Of a stretch of 63,873 bases of DNA, positions 29,799 through 38,300 are shown one piece after another. This DNA comes from a virus (lineage: Duplodnaviria > Caudoviricetes), in the IMG/VR virus record IMGVR_UViG_3300013006_000032, positions 1 to 63,873 of that record; one strand, given 5' to 3'. Position numbers and translations under genes: made by a program. Positions within the stretch are counted from its first letter, which is position 1. The number at the start of each line of letters is the position of its first letter. Below the pieces are notes generated by a model. The model searched no databases. It was given only the letters and a program-made list of their open reading frames with translations, and was not told the DNA's origin.

Positions 29799-30686
29799 AT
29801 GAACCGTACAAGAGAGCTAGTTGAAATGGGTGACTTCTATGAGAAGTCAGTTATTGAAGAAAAGAAGTCTGTTTTCCCGCCAAAAGGGACATTTAAGCTC
29901 GCTACAGATAAAAAGCCCGTAGAAGTCGAGGCGGATAAGAATGCTTTTACAAATAAAAAGTCAGGACCTGAAAATGCTGACGGTTTTAAAAAGGATATTG
30001 TTGATCCTAAAACAACAAAAAAAGAAAATTTTTATGACCCTAAAAAATTCTCACAAAACCTTGAAAAAACAGAGGTACGAACAATAAATACTTTTATGAA
30101 CAAATCTATTTTTGATAAACTATATGAGGATGTAATGTCCGATCAGCAAGAAGACGCTGGTATTAATGATGCCGAAGCCCTTGGTCTTCCTTCCGGCGAT
30201 ACCGAAGAAGGTGCTGGCGGCGAAGAAGTAACATTGACACTACCACGTGATGTTGCTCAAAAGCTTTGTGATATGCTTCACGGAGTTCTCGATGCAGGTG
30301 CAGAAGAGACTTCTGGTGAAGGTGAAGTTAACGATGAAGAAGGCACCGGTGAAGAAGGTGTTTCTGATGAAGCTAACGAAGAAAAAGATGAAGAAGAAAA
30401 AGATGAAGTTGCTAAAGAAGCTACTGAACTTAAGGAAGTTCCTGCTTCAGCCGGACAGAGCCTTCAGAAGAAGGATAATAAGGTCGGCGATGTAACAAAG
30501 AGTTTAGTCTCAAGCGGTGCTGGCGATGCTAAAGTTACCGATAAGGTCGGTAATGACGGTGAAAAAGGTCATGCCTTAGTTGGTGCTGGTGTTAAGGGCG
30601 GTGCTCCCACATCACCAAAGGGCAAGGCTAACGTTGTAGCTAGCAAGACATCAAAAGTTGGTTCTTACTTAGCTGGTTTAAAATAA
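29799..30686 (+). CDS. Acidic low-complexity late protein, probable prohead core/internal protein (295 aa)
   Basis: E/D-rich centre and G/K-rich tail; late box; strong terminator follows. Confidence 0.65.
   Translation: MNRTRELVEMGDFYEKSVIEEKKSVFPPKGTFKLATDKKPVEVEADKNAFTNKKSGPENADGFKKDIVDPKTTKKENFYDPKKFSQNLEKTEVRTINTFMNKSIFDKLYEDVMSDQQEDAGINDAEALGLPSGDTEEGAGGEEVTLTLPRDVAQKLCDMLHGVLDAGAEETSGEGEVNDEEGTGEEGVSDEANEEKDEEEKDEVAKEATELKEVPASAGQSLQKKDNKVGDVTKSLVSSGAGDAKVTDKVGNDGEKGHALVGAGVKGGAPTSPKGKANVVASKTSKVGSYLAGLK
30083..30090 (+). promoter_or_regulatory. Internal late promoter AATAAATA, 5 nt before in-frame ATG 30096
   Basis: acAATAAATActtttATGaacaaatct inside the 29799 CDS. Confidence 0.6.
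30096..30686 (+). CDS. Nested in-frame short isoform (196 aa, MNKSIFDKLYEDVM...)
   Basis: Own late box at canonical spacing and own capsid-targeting-like N-terminus. Confidence 0.55.
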   Translation: MNKSIFDKLYEDVMSDQQEDAGINDAEALGLPSGDTEEGAGGEEVTLTLPRDVAQKLCDMLHGVLDAGAEETSGEGEVNDEEGTGEEGVSDEANEEKDEEEKDEVAKEATELKEVPASAGQSLQKKDNKVGDVTKSLVSSGAGDAKVTDKVGNDGEKGHALVGAGVKGGAPTSPKGKANVVASKTSKVGSYLAGLK

Positions 30687-30713
30687 TTAGTTAAGTCAAA
30701 AATAGTAAAAATT

Positions 30714-30746
30714 AGGGCCTTAAATCAAATTAAGGCCCTTTTTTTT
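30714..30746 (+). terminator. Rho-independent terminator
   Basis: 10-bp stem AGGGCCTTAA / TTAAGGCCCT, 6-nt loop, followed by a T run. Confidence 0.9.
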
Positions 30747-30747
30747 G

Positions 30748-30755
30748 CTTAAATA
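30748..30755 (+). promoter_or_regulatory. late promoter CTTAAATA, 5 nt before GTG 30761
   Basis: Immediately after the terminator. Confidence 0.65.
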
Positions 30756-30760
30756 TAATT

Positions 30761-31081
30761 GTGAATACTTTTAAAGACCACTGGCGTAAATTTAATAGTA
30801 AGGGTGATTTTGTAAAAAAACGTCATGAAGGTGTCGGTACAACACTACCATCGCAATCAAGATTTGTACCAAAAGCTCATAGAACTATTTTAAAAAACCA
30901 AAAAGTTGAGAGCTTACTACGTAAAAAGAGCGGAAAGATAGTTTTAAATAATGCAGAAGTAAGGCAGATAGAAGACGAGTTTAATTTAAAGTATGCAAGT
31001 ACTACGCCTAAGAAATTAGGTAATACAGGTATTAGTATAAGTTTTGATCCTGCTATAGGTAAACCAGTTCTGGAGAAATAA
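30761..31081 (+). CDS. Hypothetical basic late protein
   Basis: ORF with late box; MNTFKDHW N-terminus. Confidence 0.65.
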   Translation: MNTFKDHWRKFNSKGDFVKKRHEGVGTTLPSQSRFVPKAHRTILKNQKVESLLRKKSGKIVLNNAEVRQIEDEFNLKYASTTPKKLGNTGISISFDPAIGKPVLEK

Positions 31082-31082
31082 T

Positions 31083-31808
31083 ATGTCAGTACAATATTAT
31101 ACAGGTAATATCGATCCCAAGGTTTATCCTTTTCCTTTTGAAGATAATACCTGCGTAAGATATACGGATAAATCTAAAAATGCAGATGAAAGAAATATAG
31201 TTTCCAATTACTGGAGAGAGCAAATTAACTTATATGGACAGAAGGTTGGCTATATTGTTAATAATACTACAACTTTAAGTGCAGATATGCTTTACGGTGA
31301 GCAAACAACTCAAAGATATTCACCGCCAGTAAACTTAATTATTGCAATCAATTTAAATGAAAATGCATTAATGTTAAGTAAATTTGGACTTGTTTCTGAT
31401 GATGAAGTTACTGCTTTTGTTCATATAAGTGCATTTTATGAAACGTTTGGATATGGTGCTGAACCTAAGTCTGGCGATTTGTTCCAATTAACAGAATACG
31501 GGAGTGATAGACCAGGGGGTAGAAACGGTAATATCTATGAAATAACGCAGCGGTTAGATCAAGATATTGCACAAATTAACCCACTAGCGGGCCATTATGT
31601 ATGGTTAATAAAGGCGAAAAGATTTGAATATTCTTTTGAACCAGGTGTTACGCCAGAGGCACAGAACGATCAAATATTTGATGATACACAAAATCCAACA
31701 GCTTCTGGAGCGACTAAACCATATTCAAATAGCGTAGATAACGATTCCAAAAAGATTTTTGATTATACACAGACTAATTACGGTGATGTTTACGGTGGTT
31801 ACTATTAA
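31083..31808 (+). CDS. gp14: Neck/head-closure protein (gp14-like)
   Basis: EQINLYGQKVGY...DMLYGE...LSKFGLVSDDEVT...EPKSGDL...KRFEYS. Confidence 0.78.
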   Translation: MSVQYYTGNIDPKVYPFPFEDNTCVRYTDKSKNADERNIVSNYWREQINLYGQKVGYIVNNTTTLSADMLYGEQTTQRYSPPVNLIIAINLNENALMLSKFGLVSDDEVTAFVHISAFYETFGYGAEPKSGDLFQLTEYGSDRPGGRNGNIYEITQRLDQDIAQINPLAGHYVWLIKAKRFEYSFEPGVTPEAQNDQIFDDTQNPTASGATKPYSNSVDNDSKKIFDYTQTNYGDVYGGYY

Positions 31809-32086
31809 TCATCAGTAACAGTATCAATAACAGAAGAAGATACATCGTAATTCGGAATATTTTCATTACGGATTCTTGATATAAACACATCTGCGTCTCT
31901 ACAACTATTAAATTCGACATCAAATCTTGATCGATCAGCGCCTATAAAAGTGTAGAGGGCTTTATCTTGCTTTTTGCTAATATGCAAAAGGCTATAGCTA
32001 TTCCCTGGTTTAAATCGTTTATCTCTCACCCCAGATTTACTAGGATTAGGATTTACTGTAAAGTTGGTTCCAATGATGTAGTGCAT
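31805..32086 (-). CDS. Hypothetical protein
   Basis: ORF in an overlapping minus-strand operon. Confidence 0.6.
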   Translation of the reverse strand: MHYIIGTNFTVNPNPSKSGVRDKRFKPGNSYSLLHISKKQDKALYTFIGADRSRFDVEFNSCRDADVFISRIRNENIPNYDVSSSVIDTVTDD

Positions 32087-32367
32087 TTTGGTTTTCTTAA
32101 AGTTAATTTTATACCTTCGTTAGATGATACTTCGTCGATCATCGATTCATACCTCTCCGTAATATATTTCTGAAATGCTAAAGGCTTAACCCAATCAACA
32201 TCTTTACCGTGAAGGTCCATTTTAAATTGAGTAGCCTTTCTAGATATAATATCTAAAGCCTCAATTAAACATAACCACCTAGCATATTCACTTGCTTTTA
32301 GTTTATGTTTATTTTTTTCTGTTTCAACTATTACGTATTTTTTTGATAAGTCCGATTGCATATCCAA
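32053..32367 (-). CDS. Hypothetical protein
   Basis: ORF in an overlapping minus-strand operon. Confidence 0.6.
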   Translation of the reverse strand: MDMQSDLSKKYVIVETEKNKHKLKASEYARWLCLIEALDIISRKATQFKMDLHGKDVDWVKPLAFQKYITERYESMIDEVSSNEGIKLTLRKPKCTTSLEPTLQ

Positions 32368-32803
32368 GTATTATGAAGGTAATATTATTAACGTCAAGTA
32401 AATTCTTTTGTTGGTTTAAGTTAAATAAAATATTGTATAATGCGTCAATATTTGTACCTATACTCTCAATTAACTGTTTTGCGTTAAAGGAAATATTATC
32501 TCTATAATCAACGTTAATATCGCTTTCTTTAATTGCACGATCTAAGTATTCATTCAATAAATAAATGAAATTTTTAATGACTTGTCTATCTGAACTAATA
32601 TCTTTTCTGTAAAATGCTAAACCGTGTTCAAAATCTGATAATGTTTTTGATGTTAAAGATTTTTTAATAGCAAAAATAATCTCCTCGATAGGAAGATCTT
32701 GAGGCCTCGTTAATATATTAAATTTATCTGCCTCTACGTCTTTAGTTAATTTATTAATGCTTTCAGGGATTTGCATTCTGTATTCCTTTACCGAGTATAG
32801 CAT
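32324..32803 (-). CDS. Hypothetical protein
   Basis: ORF in operon; true start probably the MQIPES ATG. Confidence 0.6.
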   Translation of the reverse strand: MLYSVKEYRMQIPESINKLTKDVEADKFNILTRPQDLPIEEIIFAIKKSLTSKTLSDFEHGLAFYRKDISSDRQVIKNFIYLLNEYLDRAIKESDINVDYRDNISFNAKQLIESIGTNIDALYNILFNLNQQKNLLDVNNITFIILGYAIGLIKKIRNS

Positions 32804-33197
32804 TCATATGCTGTATGCTTGAATCTTGCGGTTCTGTTACAACTGCTGTTTCTGTATTAATAAGCACACTGATGGCTTTACTACACCCCGAACACCTATA
32901 GTAAGTTGGGGTGTTTAATCTCACAGGTATAAAATCGTTAATTTGTTTATAACAAGGACATGTAACACCTAGACCCTGATATGATAATTCTTTTAATCTC
33001 TCATTATCAAGCTCCTTGTTTTTTAATGCAACATATGTATTTAGAGTTATAATAAATGTATAATAAGCAAGAAATTGTATAACAATACCTACAAAAAAAC
33101 TAGCAAAAATATTTATACCAAAATGATTCAATATAATAGCTGTAAGTGATGCGATAGATACAAGTATTGCAACTTGGGTAAAGATTCGTCTTAACAT
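32763..33197 (-). CDS. Membrane protein (2 predicted TM helices) with C-terminal Cys-rich Zn-ribbon-like motif
   Basis: Hydrophobic N-terminal 55 aa; CPC...CSGC. Confidence 0.65.
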   Translation of the reverse strand: MLRRIFTQVAILVSIASLTAIILNHFGINIFASFFVGIVIQFLAYYTFIITLNTYVALKNKELDNERLKELSYQGLGVTCPCYKQINDFIPVRLNTPTYYRCSGCSKAISVLINTETAVVTEPQDSSIQHMNAILGKGIQNANP

Positions 33198-33203
33198 CTA
33201 TAT

Positions 33204-33231
33204 ATTATACTATTAGATTATTTTTTTGCAA
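33204..33231 (-). promoter_or_regulatory. sigma70-type promoter TTGCAA-N16-TATAAT, 6 nt before ATG 33197
   Basis: Seen in sequence. Confidence 0.65.
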
Positions 33232-33595
33232 CCGGTTTTGCAGTAGCACCAAATATACCTTTGAGCTCATTAATAATATTAGATAACTTAGACACCACCA
33301 TAATAACCTGTTCTTTGGCTTCTTTATTATTTTGTATAACAGGATTATTAAGTGAATTTTTAAACAGCATTTTAGCATTACCAGCATTTATATAGAGCTC
33401 ACCAAGCTGCTCTATTACACTAGGGAGAGGGTATGGCAGAGCTTTTTCTGCTTTAGCGTCGTCAGGAAATTGACTAACATTTTTATCAAATAAGTCTTTT
33501 AATGTAACTCTTTGCGCACCAAGCTCTCTTGAAGCCATGCCAGACGTCCACTTGTTGTAGCTCATTACTTCCTCAAATAAAAGCTTTCTTTTCAC
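33218..33595 (-). CDS. Hypothetical late protein
   Basis: GTG start with late box. Confidence 0.65.
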   Translation of the reverse strand: MKRKLLFEEVMSYNKWTSGMASRELGAQRVTLKDLFDKNVSQFPDDAKAEKALPYPLPSVIEQLGELYINAGNAKMLFKNSLNNPVIQNNKEAKEQVIMVVSKLSNIINELKGIFGATAKPVAKK

Positions 33596-33600
33596 ATGAT

Positions 33601-33624
33601 TATTTATTCATCCTATAATAAATA
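33601..33624. promoter_or_regulatory. Divergent late promoters AATAAATA (-, 33601-33608; +, 33617-33624), each 5 nt before its start codon
   Basis: Seen in sequence. Confidence 0.7.
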
Positions 33625-33629
33625 ATAGT

Positions 33630-34031
33630 ATGAACACTTTTGAACGTAAATTTAGTTTAGTTTTAGAAGCAGATGCTGATGCACCTGTTGCAGCTCCAGA
33701 AAATGACAAAGAAGCAATGGCGCAATCATTAGATACTGCTAAGCCAAATGATTTTGATGTACAGGGTGGCCGGGAGCAGATTGTCGATCATCGCAAAAAA
33801 GAGCAAGTTCAAAAGCTTACGGAATGGATTGCTCACATAGACCAGTTTATTAAGTATTTAAATAGTACAGATCCCTCATCAATGCAAGTACAGCTCCATA
33901 CTGCAGCTTGTGATTCAATGTTTGAAGACATTGCAAGAAGTGAAAAAAAGAAGATCGCAAGGCTTGCTGCAGAATTAAGCTCTTTGAGCGAGTCGCTTAA
34001 GGGCTACTTAATTTCTGCTAACGATAAATAA
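33630..34031 (+). CDS. Hypothetical late protein (probable internal head protein)
   Basis: MNTFERKFSLVLEA leader; late box. Confidence 0.65.
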   Translation: MNTFERKFSLVLEADADAPVAAPENDKEAMAQSLDTAKPNDFDVQGGREQIVDHRKKEQVQKLTEWIAHIDQFIKYLNSTDPSSMQVQLHTAACDSMFEDIARSEKKKIARLAAELSSLSESLKGYLISANDK

Positions 34032-35052
34032 CTGACATCTGTAGCTTAGCTTTAATCCCGCTACTAGAATTGTCTATAAAAAAGCTTGGGTCGATTTTAT
34101 CAAGCTTTTCAGCAATACAGAGATCATTGATATCTTTATATTTTTTTCCTTGCTCTTCAGGCCATATAAACACCGTTTCGCCGCTATCAATAAGTTTTTG
34201 TGTTTTTGTCTTACTAGCGCTGTCTTGCCACTGACTATCGAGTACCCATATTTTTTTATAAAATCTAAAAGGCGCTAATTGCTGCTCTTGTAATAAAGAG
34301 AAAGTGTTACTACTATTTTCTTGAATGCCTGATACAGCAGTTCCATTCTTAACAAAAAATGAATCTATAGGTCCTTCGAAAACAAAAATATAATCTAGAT
34401 CTTGTGATATCTTGTTAATATTATATAGCGATTTTTCACCGTTTATTTTACTTAAATACTTAGGATACAGACGCATATCTTCTTTATAAATTAATCGAGA
34501 TTGATAAAAGATTATATTGTTATGCTCATCGTAAAACGGTATTATAATACGGTTCTTATGTACTTTATCTTTTAGCGATACCCAGAGTGTATCGGGTCTA
34601 TTAATTGCGGTGTCTATTCTTCTCTGTTTCACTAAATCTATCGCATCATTAATAATGTTATTATTTTCAAAAAATTTAATCTGATTTTCGTCAAATATGT
34701 TTATACTATCAAGTGGAAGCCTTTCAACGGGTTTAGCTTTTACCGGGGCATCGTTACTCTTAATAACCTCTAGAGGTAATATATCAAACTCTTTTGCTTC
34801 ATTTAAAATCTCATTAAATGTTAGCCCTGCTACTTCAGTTATCCATTTTATAGCATCGCTATACCACCCGCAATTATGACAGCAAATAGCGTTGTCTTCA
34901 ACAATATATATACATCGTCTTTTCTTACCCCATGATGACCCTTCTCTACAAATAGGGCAGCCTGCAATATACGTATTACTAGATTTTTTAAATTGTGGGT
35001 AGCCTGCGTATTGGTAAAATTTTTGCAGTATATATTCGAACGGTATTAGCAC
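34018..35052 (-). CDS. gp61: DNA primase (gp61-like)
   Basis: Zn finger CPIC...CHNCG, RIIIPFY, TOPRIM FEGPIDS, KDINDL. Confidence 0.92.
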   Translation of the reverse strand: MLIPFEYILQKFYQYAGYPQFKKSSNTYIAGCPICREGSSWGKKRRCIYIVEDNAICCHNCGWYSDAIKWITEVAGLTFNEILNEAKEFDILPLEVIKSNDAPVKAKPVERLPLDSINIFDENQIKFFENNNIINDAIDLVKQRRIDTAINRPDTLWVSLKDKVHKNRIIIPFYDEHNNIIFYQSRLIYKEDMRLYPKYLSKINGEKSLYNINKISQDLDYIFVFEGPIDSFFVKNGTAVSGIQENSSNTFSLLQEQQLAPFRFYKKIWVLDSQWQDSASKTKTQKLIDSGETVFIWPEEQGKKYKDINDLCIAEKLDKIDPSFFIDNSSSGIKAKLQMSVIYR

Positions 35053-35058
35053 AGTATG

Positions 35059-35087
35059 AGTATAAAGAATATAATACCAAAAAACAA
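35059..35087 (-). promoter_or_regulatory. sigma70-type promoter TTGTTT-N17-TATACT, 6 nt before GTG 35052
   Basis: Seen in sequence. Confidence 0.6.
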
Positions 35088-35094
35088 GCTTTAA

Positions 35095-35286
35095 TTACTG
35101 CTTATTTTCGGGTTTTGGCAAATCCCTAATAGATACAACACCCTTACGTATAAATGTACCGCTAGCGGGATCAATATATTCGGCTTCAACAACTTCTTTA
35201 CCTTCACGAATATAGGTCTTAAGACGTGGTCTGATCGTTTGACCGCTTATAGGTGAGACAATAGGTTTCGGCGTAATTAAGTCCAT
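35095..35286 (-). CDS. Small late protein (63 aa)
   Basis: ORF with late box CTTAAATA (35292-35299) 5 nt upstream. Confidence 0.65.
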   Translation of the reverse strand: MDLITPKPIVSPISGQTIRPRLKTYIREGKEVVEAEYIDPASGTFIRKGVVSIRDLPKPENKQ

Positions 35287-35294
35287 ATTATTAT

Positions 35295-35600
35295 TTAAGC
35301 TAATGTATTAGTAATTAAACTCTTATTTTTGGTATATTGTGCCTTACAAACACTATACACATCAGTTGGTATCTTCTGCACGATATCTATTATTTTTTCG
35401 GTTAACCCAAACTTAAACTTATCAGCCGGTACCTCGCGGATAACCATTTCAGGTAATGCAAGAAAGGAATACGTACTATCGTTTTTTTCCATAAAGACCA
35501 GCAACTCTCCGAGATATTTGCCGCCTGTTACAGCATATACAATCTTAGGACGTGGATGGTCATTTTTAAGAAACGAAAACATTATAACTCCTTTATACAT
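35295..35600 (-). CDS. Hypothetical protein
   Basis: ORF; likely start at MFSF (~35582), coupled to the upstream stop. Confidence 0.6.
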   Translation of the reverse strand: MYKGVIMFSFLKNDHPRPKIVYAVTGGKYLGELLVFMEKNDSTYSFLALPEMVIREVPADKFKFGLTEKIIDIVQKIPTDVYSVCKAQYTKNKSLITNTLA

Positions 35601-36418
35601 TTATCTAATGATGCATGTGAATCAGGTAGACATAGACCGAGAGATTTGAGCTTATTAGATGATAGTGTACAGTTAGATCTACCGGCAATAATGTTGAGAT
35701 TCTTAACTTCAACAAATTTCCAATTTACGTTTATTTTTCCGTATTTTTTCATAATACTAGTAATCTCTTGTGCATCTAACGGATTAGGGTTTACTACATT
35801 ATATATACCGGGGGCAAAAGCGTCTACAAACTTATATATAAATTCACATAAATCTTCAACAGAAGTTAGGCTATTTTTATAGCTAATAAGATTATCATAT
35901 TTTAATAATTTATAGAGATAATTTTTATTCTCTCTTAATGGAGTAAACGGCATTCTAATACGTAAAATAGCTGAATTATTTTTATTGTATACCGTCTCGA
36001 ATGCATGTTTGCTTTTTGAATAAAAGCTTGAATTTGAGTTAAACAGACCGAAATTAGGTATATCAGTCTCTTCGTATTCTTTTTCATATCCTGAATATAT
36101 ACACCCGCTTGAAACATGCATGCATTTTATATTAAATTGCGCGCAAATTCTATCAATTGTGCTAGCGATTGTGACGTTATACTTCCAGCACATATCCTTA
36201 TTAAGTTCGCAACCGTCTACATTAGGCACTCCGGTATACCCGCAACAATTTATTACATGACTAAAATTATTTTTTTTAAGATACTCAAATAAGTCTTGCT
36301 CATTTGTATAGTTAATAACTTTCTGCGAAATAGATAATACGGATAATTTCTTTTCTGCTAAATAGGTATATAGCTTCGTACCAATAAAGCCGCGGCCGAT
36401 AACTAATATACTAGACAC
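35582..36418 (-). CDS. NDP-4-keto-6-deoxyglucose 3,5-epimerase/4-reductase (RmlD / NRS-ER-like SDR; rhamnose synthesis)
   Basis: Rossmann GRGFIG, GYTGVPNVDGCE, SSGCIY and SFYSKSK (YxxxK). Confidence 0.8.
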   Translation of the reverse strand: MSSILVIGRGFIGTKLYTYLAEKKLSVLSISQKVINYTNEQDLFEYLKKNNFSHVINCCGYTGVPNVDGCELNKDMCWKYNVTIASTIDRICAQFNIKCMHVSSGCIYSGYEKEYEETDIPNFGLFNSNSSFYSKSKHAFETVYNKNNSAILRIRMPFTPLRENKNYLYKLLKYDNLISYKNSLTSVEDLCEFIYKFVDAFAPGIYNVVNPNPLDAQEITSIMKKYGKINVNWKFVEVKNLNIIAGRSNCTLSSNKLKSLGLCLPDSHASLDKCIKEL

Positions 36419-36442
36419 AAATATATTTTATATTAAAAAAAA

Positions 36443-36766
36443 TTACTCTCCAGGATTATTATCCTTTTGAGAATTAAAAAGAAATTTATTAATAAGAGCC
36501 CCCAAGGAGTCAGCTTCTTGCTGATTGTGCGCAGATATTAAATTAACTGGCTCGCCGTCAAAATTATAACCAATTAAAATAAAGCTATTTAAAAATTCTA
36601 ATATTGTACTCGTTAACGCATCGAGATCTCTTTTGTTGGCTACACGATCCTTCATTTGATCGCGAAGAAATGAAATAAGAGCGCGATGGGTAAGTTCTTT
36701 GACTTCTTTATTCTCGTTAGGGTCAAAGCTTTTATTATTATTCTTTGATGATCGTTTGTCTTTCAT
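36443..36766 (-). CDS. Hypothetical protein
   Basis: ORF; late box ATTAAATA at 36773-36780 lies 6 nt before the second ATG (36766). Confidence 0.6.
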   Translation of the reverse strand: MKDKRSSKNNNKSFDPNENKEVKELTHRALISFLRDQMKDRVANKRDLDALTSTILEFLNSFILIGYNFDGEPVNLISAHNQQEADSLGALINKFLFNSQKDNNPGE

Positions 36767-37118
36767 CATAATTATTTAATCTTTTTGTCATATATCTATC
36801 GCGACCATGATAATCAGCGCTGTTTGATACACCATGTCTAATGAGATATTCAATAATTACTTCAATACTATCTGTCTTAATAAACATATTCTTAGGTATA
36901 CGACGGCCACCATCGTGTAGTTCGAATACCACTTCATTGAGTGTATCTTTATTACGATAGCATGTAATAAGTACAGAAGTTTCACTAGGATTAACCATTA
37001 TCGACCACTGTCTAGGATCTGATTTTGCATAAACAGCAAAAATCTTTATAACTATAAACCCATTATCACGGAGCCGTTTAATAAAGTAACTTGGGGTTCT
37101 AAGCTTATTCTTGCTCAT
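36738..37118 (-). CDS. Hypothetical protein
   Basis: ORF coupled to the clamp gene. Confidence 0.65.
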   Translation of the reverse strand: MSKNKLRTPSYFIKRLRDNGFIVIKIFAVYAKSDPRQWSIMVNPSETSVLITCYRNKDTLNEVVFELHDGGRRIPKNMFIKTDSIEVIIEYLIRHGVSNSADYHGRDRYMTKRLNNYDERQTIIKE

Positions 37119-37849
37119 TAGTTTGAAAGCGCCGATACAATAAACTTAAAAGCAGATGTTTCAAGGTTTAGATCAAGCGTAACTACTCCCATTTTAGTTA
37201 TTATTTGTGAGTTTATCTCTTTAAATCTCATAGAAGAAATTATTCTAAATATCTCAAAATTCAACGGTATAGCTAGTGCAAACTGTGTTCCTTGATAATT
37301 ATTGGAAATATTAATACCATATGAGTCTATGTTCGGTCTCATTTTATCTGTTAATTCACCGTAAACAACAGTATCCTTAACAGAAATATATATTTTATTT
37401 GTATCTGTACTAACAGAACTACCTTTTATGAGGTTCATTACTGCAGGGTAAAGTAAGGTAAATTTACCATCAAACTCGAATTGATTTAACTTCTCTACAT
37501 TAAGTTTGGGTGAGGAAATAATATTATCATCATAAAGATGATACTTAAATCTAACGCTATTCGACTTATAGCCAATAAAATTAGATGATATATCTAGATC
37601 GAACGACTCTTCTTCAATACACGATATAACTCTACAAAGCTTTTTAAGATCAGGTACATTTAACGTATTAGTAGATGTATTTGTTTCTTCAGTATGTTCG
37701 ACATATACAATTACTGTATTATCGCTAGTCGATATTAATGAAGTTATTTTTTTATTATCAATTTTAATTACAGCGCTATCTGATACTCTACTTAACGGCG
37801 TTAAAAAATTATTTAAAAACTTTTCTTTACTAGAAACCTTTAAGGTCAT
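37118..37849 (-). CDS. gp45: DNA polymerase sliding clamp (gp45-like)
   Basis: 243 aa with two-domain beta-rich clamp pattern (LNVPDLKKLCRVISCIE); replication-cluster context. Confidence 0.7.
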   Translation of the reverse strand: MTLKVSSKEKFLNNFLTPLSRVSDSAVIKIDNKKITSLISTSDNTVIVYVEHTEETNTSTNTLNVPDLKKLCRVISCIEEESFDLDISSNFIGYKSNSVRFKYHLYDDNIISSPKLNVEKLNQFEFDGKFTLLYPAVMNLIKGSSVSTDTNKIYISVKDTVVYGELTDKMRPNIDSYGINISNNYQGTQFALAIPLNFEIFRIISSMRFKEINSQIITKMGVVTLDLNLETSAFKFIVSALSN

Positions 37850-37855
37850 TATAAT

Positions 37856-37884
37856 AATATAACCTCTTTATACATACAAATCAA
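37856..37884 (-). promoter_or_regulatory. sigma70-type promoter TTGATT-N17-TATATT, 6 nt before ATG 37849
   Basis: Seen in sequence. Confidence 0.55.
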
Positions 37885-38297
37885 TCGTTTTTTATTAAAC
37901 TGATTAATTTATCAAGCTTTCTATCCATTCTATCAATAAGGTCAAATATTTGCTTCGAAAGAGGTGAGCTTTCGAAATTAAATTCTAATTGATTAGGGTC
38001 AGACTGCTGCTGCACAGGAATAGGCGTCAAGGGTTGCTGCATATTAATCCCTGCATTAACAACTGTATGCATTGGCTGTTGTATAGGTACGTGATTAACA
38101 ACTGCAGGAGCTGATAGGGCACCAGGAACCGAATTTAAAACATGCGCTGGATCTAATGTCATACCTCTTAGGGTAGCATTTTGCCCAATAATATTACGAT
38201 TAAGTTCTTTTAAATCGCCTGTAAGGTGCTGCCCCATAAACTGCAGGGCCGCCAGCTTTATCTCTTCAGGCGTTAATTCCTTAAAAGTGTCGTCCAT
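37881..38297 (-). CDS. Hypothetical protein (P/Q-rich, QLEFNF motif, C-terminal coiled coil)
   Basis: ORF between gp32 and gp45. Confidence 0.65.
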   Translation of the reverse strand: MDDTFKELTPEEIKLAALQFMGQHLTGDLKELNRNIIGQNATLRGMTLDPAHVLNSVPGALSAPAVVNHVPIQQPMHTVVNAGINMQQPLTPIPVQQQSDPNQLEFNFESSPLSKQIFDLIDRMDRKLDKLISLIKND

Positions 38298-38300
38298 TAA

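Noticed and set aside
35582-35595. AAGGAG before the MFSF start as a second deliberate SD
   Set aside because: It lies in the last codons (I-K-E-L) of the upstream gene at a stop/start overlap. It may help reinitiation but is not a promoter-proximal leader, so I did not treat it as equivalent to the 43086 site.
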